Source: a virus (taxonomy: Duplodnaviria; Caudoviricetes). From it: a stretch of 40,373 nt of DNA. Shown in pieces: positions 34,584-40,373 of this stretch. How positions within the stretch are numbered: the first letter of the stretch is position 1; each line of letters opens with the position of its first letter. A model generated the notes under the pieces. It saw nothing but the letters and a program-made list of their open reading frames with translations. It did not search any database and had not been told where the DNA came from. Both the position numbers and the translations under genes were made by a program. The stretch covers positions 1 to 40,373 of the IMG/VR virus record IMGVR_UViG_3300046786_000350; one strand, given 5' to 3'.

Positions 34584-37500
34584 TGCCGTTCGCTCTAAAT
34601 GCTAATCCAAGCCCAACAGAAGTTTCTGAGGCAATAAATTACTTACTCAGTAACTTTAGCAATGGTGCAACTATTGACCCTGTAACAGGTCAAATCATTG
34701 CGCAAGGCGGGATTATCGTTGGCTACTTATACAAGTACATTGCGGTTAAGTATGCAGACAGTTCTGATGGTTCTGTAAACTTCAGTGACTCACCAACAAA
34801 CAGACTTTATTTTGGCTTGCGTAACTCTGATGACGCTGCCGAATCGTCTAACTATGCTGACTACATTTGGTATGCAGCATCAGGTGGCTTTGGTACAACC
34901 AAGTTTCTTTGGTATCAGACCACTGGCGGTCGCCAACTTCAGGTTGCAGTATCTGTTTCAGCCCCTGATGCAGGATGGTTTCAAGACACTGGTGCGTCTA
35001 TTGACCTAGACATCGTCACTTCAGGCACTGTTCCTGTTGTTGTTGAATCATTTGCCACTTACTTTACGCCACCTGTTTTGCAAGTTCCTCGTACAGGTAA
35101 CCCATTAGCTCCTGTTTTTACTTATGTAACTCCTGCTTTGTATGCGACAGATAAAGGTGAAGTGATTCCTTTTTCTGATGCGCAAACTGATACAGGTGTG
35201 ACCTTTGTAAATAACACATGGCGTATTGGTAACTCTGCCACTACTGGCTATGGTGACATTTCCAAAACCAATGTAACGATTGGTGACCCAACAGATTCTG
35301 GTGACTTTGCTTTGTGGCCTACGCCAACTGCAATGTCTAATGCCAATGCGTTTATTACTGTTCCTATTCGCTATAAGAATAGTTTAGGTGACATCTCTCA
35401 AGCTTCTGTAGCGACTCAGCAATTGGTGTTTGTTGACCCTGGTGCTAATGGCTTGCCTGGTCCAACTGTTGACATTTCTGGTTATACAAGTTTTACTCAA
35501 AATGCAGGTGGACTGTATACACCGCCTAATGCGACTTTAAGCGCAATCACAACAAACATTTCAGTGCCCACATATTCTTGGGCAATTACTGGTGCTACAC
35601 CAACAAGCGCAACAACATCATCTGTGGTGGTGACTCCATTGTCATCGACTGCTAATGTAACAGTGACGCTAACTGTTGGTGGATCAAACATTACAGGCAC
35701 TATCAGTAAAACAATTACGATGCCAGTGGTGTACGATGGTGCGCCTGGCACTGCGGGTGCTAATGGTGTGATGTCGGCATTCCCGACCATCTACATTTGG
35801 ACTGGTTCATCTACACCTCCAACAAGACCAACAACAACATCGACTTTTACTTGGTCAACAGGTTCATTTACTGCGCCTACAGGATGGTATTCACAAGCTC
35901 CTAGCAATACGACTGCGGGTAACTATCTGTGGTCTATTACTGTTCCTTTAAATACTGCTGCAACCACAACAACATCTACATTGGATTGGACAAATACAGC
36001 CTATCCAATTAGAGCTATTGCATATAACGGGGCCAATGGTGCTAATGGTACTAATGGAACCAATGGTAATAATGGAACAGATGGTGCAGCTACATTTGTA
36101 GTAACTCGCACTGCTAACGATAGTTCTGCTCCTACCAATGCTGAAGTTAATGCTGTTTTAGGTCGTGATCCAGTAGCAGGTGACATTGTTACTGTTAGCT
36201 ACAACTCAGCCAACAATGCTGTTGTTTACCGCTACATCACATCTTGGACACTGTTCCAGACTTACATCACAGGTAGCTTGATTGTTGAGAACACAATTAC
36301 TGCCAGTAAGTTAAGCGTTACATCTCTCAATTCAATTACTGCCAATACTGGAACTTTGACTGTTTCAGGCACTATCACTGCTAACACTGCGTCTATTAGT
36401 GGTTCTACTTTTAGTGGATCAGGTGCAGTAATTTATAGCAATGGTAAATTTGGTGTTGGTAATTCCACAAATAATCTTGTTTGGGATAACTCTGCGTTAA
36501 CAATCAAAGGCGATATTGTTGGCACATCAAGCATCAATATCACTGGTGACGCTCTTTTCAAAGGTCAAAACCTTTCGTCAGAAAGTATCATAGTTAATGG
36601 AACTACATACTTTATGGACTATTCTGCTTATGCAGAAGCATTAACATTACCAACAGTAGACACAATGCGTGTTGGTTTTTATGGAAGAGCAGCAGCAATA
36701 CCAAATCTCAGCGTAAAACCTACAGCTTATAACGTAGGTGTTGTTGGTTATGGACAAAACATAGCTGGCGCTAAAGGTTATGGTGTTGTTGGTACAGGTG
36801 ATGAAGTAGGTGGTTATTTTGAAGGCGCAGGTTATGGCGCTATTTTGAATGGCACTGGAATAACACCAATTGGTGCTGCGATTGCTGGCAAACTAATGTG
36901 GGGTATTTACACCTATCCCGCACCAACTGGAAGCACCACTACATTCTTGAGAAACGATGGCACATGGGCTGTCCCTGCCGGTGGTGGCGGTGGAAGCGGT
37001 ACTGTTACTTCTGTTTCTACAAGTGGTACTGTTTCAGGAATAACTTTAACTGGTGGTCCAATTACGACATCAGGAACAATTACTCTTGGTGGAACTTTAT
37101 CGGCATCTGCCAGTAGTATTACTTCAGGTGTAATTGATCCTGCAAGACTTGGTACTGGCACTGCAAACACCACAACATTCTTGCGTGGTGACAACACTTG
37201 GTCGGCATCTACCAATAACTTTGGCCTGTCTCCATCAAGCGGTACAGGTTTTGCCAATACTTTTGCCTTTTTTACTGGTGGAACAGGTATAACTGTTACT
37301 GGCAATGGCAGTGATCGACTAACTTTTGCCACCACATCAGATGTTCGTTTGAAATACGATATTAACTTTGATGACCAAGATTACAAAACTGTAATTCCTG
37401 CATTAAAGATTGCTAAGTACAAACGTAATGACAAAGGTGACTATAAGCCTGGTGACTACATTGAGTATGGAACAACTGCCCAAAGCACAGAAACTGTTTG

Positions 37501-37663
37501 TTCTTATTTGGTAGATTTAACAGACCATCAAGATGCTGAATCTATCAAAGCAGTTAACTATCAAAGTATTTTCTCAATGAATGTAAAGTACACGCAATAT
37601 CTGCAAGAACAGGTTGATGCCTTAAAAGCAGAAATTGAAGCGTTAAAAGCAAAGGTCGCATGA
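34583..37663 (+). CDS. Second tail fibre/spike with S74 chaperone
   Basis: G-x-N collagen-like run, 'TTFLRGD.TW' repeats, 'SDVRLKYDI', terminal coiled coil. Confidence 0.8.
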   Translation: MPFALNANPSPTEVSEAINYLLSNFSNGATIDPVTGQIIAQGGIIVGYLYKYIAVKYADSSDGSVNFSDSPTNRLYFGLRNSDDAAESSNYADYIWYAASGGFGTTKFLWYQTTGGRQLQVAVSVSAPDAGWFQDTGASIDLDIVTSGTVPVVVESFATYFTPPVLQVPRTGNPLAPVFTYVTPALYATDKGEVIPFSDAQTDTGVTFVNNTWRIGNSATTGYGDISKTNVTIGDPTDSGDFALWPTPTAMSNANAFITVPIRYKNSLGDISQASVATQQLVFVDPGANGLPGPTVDISGYTSFTQNAGGLYTPPNATLSAITTNISVPTYSWAITGATPTSATTSSVVVTPLSSTANVTVTLTVGGSNITGTISKTITMPVVYDGAPGTAGANGVMSAFPTIYIWTGSSTPPTRPTTTSTFTWSTGSFTAPTGWYSQAPSNTTAGNYLWSITVPLNTAATTTTSTLDWTNTAYPIRAIAYNGANGANGTNGTNGNNGTDGAATFVVTRTANDSSAPTNAEVNAVLGRDPVAGDIVTVSYNSANNAVVYRYITSWTLFQTYITGSLIVENTITASKLSVTSLNSITANTGTLTVSGTITANTASISGSTFSGSGAVIYSNGKFGVGNSTNNLVWDNSALTIKGDIVGTSSINITGDALFKGQNLSSESIIVNGTTYFMDYSAYAEALTLPTVDTMRVGFYGRAAAIPNLSVKPTAYNVGVVGYGQNIAGAKGYGVVGTGDEVGGYFEGAGYGAILNGTGITPIGAAIAGKLMWGIYTYPAPTGSTTTFLRNDGTWAVPAGGGGGSGTVTSVSTSGTVSGITLTGGPITTSGTITLGGTLSASASSITSGVIDPARLGTGTANTTTFLRGDNTWSASTNNFGLSPSSGTGFANTFAFFTGGTGITVTGNGSDRLTFATTSDVRLKYDINFDDQDYKTVIPALKIAKYKRNDKGDYKPGDYIEYGTTAQSTETVCSYLVDLTDHQDAESIKAVNYQSIFSMNVKYTQYLQEQVDALKAEIEALKAKVA

Positions 37664-37932
37664 TGCCAAGACAAATAAATATCCCTGCTCAAGTTGTTTA
37701 TGAAAAAATCGTATTGGTTGAGGAGTCTCCCAATTCTTGGGTCAGGGCTAGTGTTGCCAAAACTGACGCAAATAATGAGATATTGCCCAATCAAGTGGCT
37801 GAACAGTACACGATTGAGGGCGATAACCTGACAGAACTTTTAGTTGCAAACCCTTCATGGTCACCAAATAAACCTGGTGGAACCTATGACAATGAGGATT
37901 TGTGGCACTTTATTGATATTTTGAGGGCTTAA
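37660..37932 (+). CDS. Tail-associated small protein
   Basis: Coupled to fibre gene. Confidence 0.6.
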   Translation: MMPRQINIPAQVVYEKIVLVEESPNSWVRASVAKTDANNEILPNQVAEQYTIEGDNLTELLVANPSWSPNKPGGTYDNEDLWHFIDILRA

Positions 37933-37934
37933 AT

Positions 37935-38315
37935 ATGGGTGGTTTTTCAGCACAAGTACAACCTAATCAGTCCTCTGCCCCTGCGGGTAAGGGTGCGGGA
38001 ATGTCTGCCCTTCAGATGGGAATGAATCCTATTGAGGAATCTCCTGAAAAGCAGATGATGAAGATGCAGGAACTCCAAATGGAGCAACCTAGCTTTCCTC
38101 AGGGCAACCAGATGCCTCAAGACAATATGGGTCCACCTTTGGGTGGATTGGGCGGTTTAATGGGTGGCAAGATGACCATGCCAGGTCAAGGCGGTCAGCC
38201 TAAATTAGGTATGCCTAATGCCTATTCAAACACCCTACAACCATGGGATAATCAAACTAATCAATCTAACGGCATGGGTTATCAACCCTTCAAAATGTCC
38301 GGTAAAGGAGCTTAA
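37935..38315 (+). CDS. Met/Gly/Gln/Pro-rich putative ejection protein
   Basis: Low-complexity composition; position. Confidence 0.5.
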   Translation: MGGFSAQVQPNQSSAPAGKGAGMSALQMGMNPIEESPEKQMMKMQELQMEQPSFPQGNQMPQDNMGPPLGGLGGLMGGKMTMPGQGGQPKLGMPNAYSNTLQPWDNQTNQSNGMGYQPFKMSGKGA

Positions 38316-38317
38316 TC

Positions 38318-39028
38318 ATGGGAATGGGCAAATCATCAGGGTCATCACAAGCAGTATTAACTCCTGAACAAAAAGAACTTTTACAGCTTCAAACAGGCGC
38401 TTTAAAAGAAACCTTTCTGCCAGCTTACCAAAAGACAATTGGTGATGCCGGAACTGTCTTGCGTGATGTCCAAGGTTATCAGAACAAAGCCGCTTTGAAT
38501 GCTTTTAATCAAGCCGGAGATGTCTCTAAAAGCTCTATAGAAGGTGCTAACGCCATGATTGGCGCTGGCAATAAGACCCTTCAAGCTTTGTTTGATCCTG
38601 CATATGAACAAGGACAAATCCAAGCCGCTTTGCAAGCAGGTCGTGAATCTGCCCGTGAATCTCAACTTGGTCAAAATGCCATGTATGGTGGTGCAGGTGG
38701 ATTAGGTTCATCTCGTATGGCCTTGGCTGACAAGAATTTGTCTTCTTTGAATGCCCAACGTCAAGCTACTGCAGCTGCCGAAGCTCAAGCCAAAGTGCAA
38801 GCAAATCGTGCAAATGCTGCTCAAGCCGTTATGAGTCAAGGTCAACAGTTGGCAAATCTTGGTTTGACTGCCGCAGGTCAACAAGTTGGTTATTCCACTG
38901 CACCTATGGACTTGTATTCCAAGTATGCAAGCATTGTTTATGGTACGCCTCAGGCATCCACAACACCCAATTTTGCAGGTACTCAAGGTCAATCTACCTC
39001 TAGTGCTGGCAAAGGCTTTAAGATTTAA
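38318..39028 (+). CDS. DNA ejection/pilot protein
   Basis: 'MGMGKSSGSS' N-terminus, Ala/Gln/Gly-rich, 'GGLGSSR' motif. Confidence 0.65.
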   Translation: MGMGKSSGSSQAVLTPEQKELLQLQTGALKETFLPAYQKTIGDAGTVLRDVQGYQNKAALNAFNQAGDVSKSSIEGANAMIGAGNKTLQALFDPAYEQGQIQAALQAGRESARESQLGQNAMYGGAGGLGSSRMALADKNLSSLNAQRQATAAAEAQAKVQANRANAAQAVMSQGQQLANLGLTAAGQQVGYSTAPMDLYSKYASIVYGTPQASTTPNFAGTQGQSTSSAGKGFKI

Positions 39029-39038
39029 AGGCAGGTAA

Positions 39039-39383
39039 ATGAAAAACTTTGATTTTGCTAGCCCTAGTCAATATGGTGATTGGGCGCAATATGCCGGATT
39101 TAACCGAACTACTGGTGAAGTTGAAGGAATGCAATCTCCTCAACAAGGTATTGCCCCGCCTGGTAATTTAACTGAATATGTGAACCAGAAACTTGGTTCT
39201 GCTTCAAGTATGGCAGGTGCTATTGCTCCTGCTATGGCGCAATTAGGAACTGGTAATGTCATGGGTGCTGCTAACACAATGAAGCAAGCTCGTAACCCAA
39301 TGCAACCAAGTCCTGTGGCAACTCAACCTGCCCCTATAGTTGGGTATGACTATACCCATGGGTTAGATTTAGATAAGGATTAA
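39039..39383 (+). CDS. Putative ejection protein
   Basis: Composition and position. Confidence 0.5.
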   Translation: MKNFDFASPSQYGDWAQYAGFNRTTGEVEGMQSPQQGIAPPGNLTEYVNQKLGSASSMAGAIAPAMAQLGTGNVMGAANTMKQARNPMQPSPVATQPAPIVGYDYTHGLDLDKD

Positions 39384-39385
39384 AA

Positions 39386-40373
39386 ATGGCAGAAGCTATT
39401 GCACCACCATTAGACAAGCAAGCTGTACCACCTGCTATTGGTGGAGGCATGGTTGAAACTGTTACTCCCGCTGATCCAAACAGTGAATCATCTGTTGCCA
39501 AAGTAACTTTGGAGTATCCTGATCGATTTAAAGAAATTATTTCAGATATTCCTAGAGCAAACACGCCTGATGTTCGTATGCGTATTGCAAACAATATTGC
39601 TGCGCATGAAGAAGAAACAAAACAATATCGACCAAACCAAACTACCCAATGGGATAAAGTTTTGGTTAATGTATTGAGCCGTAACTATAACGAGGCTTTG
39701 AAATGGTACAACGGAGGTTCTGTTGTCGAAAAAGCCGCTCGTGATATTAACAACAATTTATATTACAAAGAACAAAATGAAATTGGCGATACTGGTCGAA
39801 TCAAAGAAGGTTTGACTGGTCGTGTTTTGACACCCAAAGAAGTTGTTGCTTTACAAGAGCGTGGCGGTATTTTTACAGATACAGATACAAAATCTTTGCA
39901 GACATTGCCTTGGATTCAAGGTAAGTACAACGCTGAATTGGCTAACAAAGGTTTGACAAGCCAACTTCAATTAGCGACTAATGATGCATATAACGCTGCT
40001 CGTACTGCGGGTGGTGCTAACTTAAACATTGATGAGCAATTAAGCTTATCCAATCGTTTAAAGCCTGTTCTTAATCACATCTCTTCATTGCCTGAAGACC
40101 AACGTAAACGCTTGCTTGGTTATGTAAGCCGACTTAATCAAATTGGTTCTTCTTTGGGTTCACAAAGAGAGCAAGGTCTTAATGTTAATGCGGGTGGTCA
40201 GCAGACTGTCGGTGCTAATGTTGGTGGCAATGTTGGCACTGGCGCAACAGGTGTTGAAGGTGGCATTCCTCCTGCGGGTGCTAAAGTTGGTGTTGGTGGA
40301 AGCATGGGTGCTAATACATCTGCTTCTACACAAGCTGGCGCATCAGGCCGTGAGTCAACTTCAGGTTCTGCTT
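39386..40373 (+). CDS. Internal virion protein, truncated by window end
   Basis: Open frame MAEAIAPPLDKQ... with AAGGA RBS and no stop; absent from ORF track. Confidence 0.7.
   Translation, partial: MAEAIAPPLDKQAVPPAIGGGMVETVTPADPNSESSVAKVTLEYPDRFKEIISDIPRANTPDVRMRIANNIAAHEEETKQYRPNQTTQWDKVLVNVLSRNYNEALKWYNGGSVVEKAARDINNNLYYKEQNEIGDTGRIKEGLTGRVLTPKEVVALQERGGIFTDTDTKSLQTLPWIQGKYNAELANKGLTSQLQLATNDAYNAARTAGGANLNIDEQLSLSNRLKPVLNHISSLPEDQRKRLLGYVSRLNQIGSSLGSQREQGLNVNAGGQQTVGANVGGNVGTGATGVEGGIPPAGAKVGVGGSMGANTSASTQAGASGRESTSGSA

Noticed and set aside
27910-37663. Diversity-generating retroelement acting on fibres
   Set aside because: No reverse transcriptase; repeat differences are synonymous rather than adenine-specific
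1-40373. Stop-codon reassignment or introns/inteins in core genes
   Set aside because: Genes tile densely under the standard code; terL, portal and MCP are uninterrupted and of ordinary length

Overview
Near-complete genome (about 40 kb, probably circularly permuted) of a tailed dsDNA phage with podovirus-type morphogenesis genes. Layout: ejection-protein and lysis genes (1-4037, +); a leftward early/recombination arm with Sak3-like SSAP, SSB, wHTH and MazG-like genes (4027-7821, -); a divergent control region; a rightward replication/nin-like arm with a truncated replication-initiator-like protein, RusA, DUF1364, a ferritin-like protein and HNH (7924-13328, +); a compositionally distinct leftward module bracketed by mirror-arranged motifs (about 13330-15990); a non-coding hub (16030-16620); and the late operon with GNAT, terminases, portal, scaffold, capsid, adaptor, two fibres with S74 chaperones, nozzle and ejection proteins (16623-end). 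I see no integrase, CI-type repressor, DNA polymerase, primase or helicase. The most unusual content is non-coding: a pseudoknotted RNA candidate of about 250 nt behind an attenuator-like leader next to the initiator-like gene, a leftward structured RNA with its own promoter, a tRNA-like element in front of a GNAT gene, a DnaA-box cluster, a loop-E RNA after ssb, and a shared TAGGG-N-CCTA operator at four promoters. All protein calls come from motif recognition by eye and all RNA structures from manual base-pairing. No database search or folding program was run.
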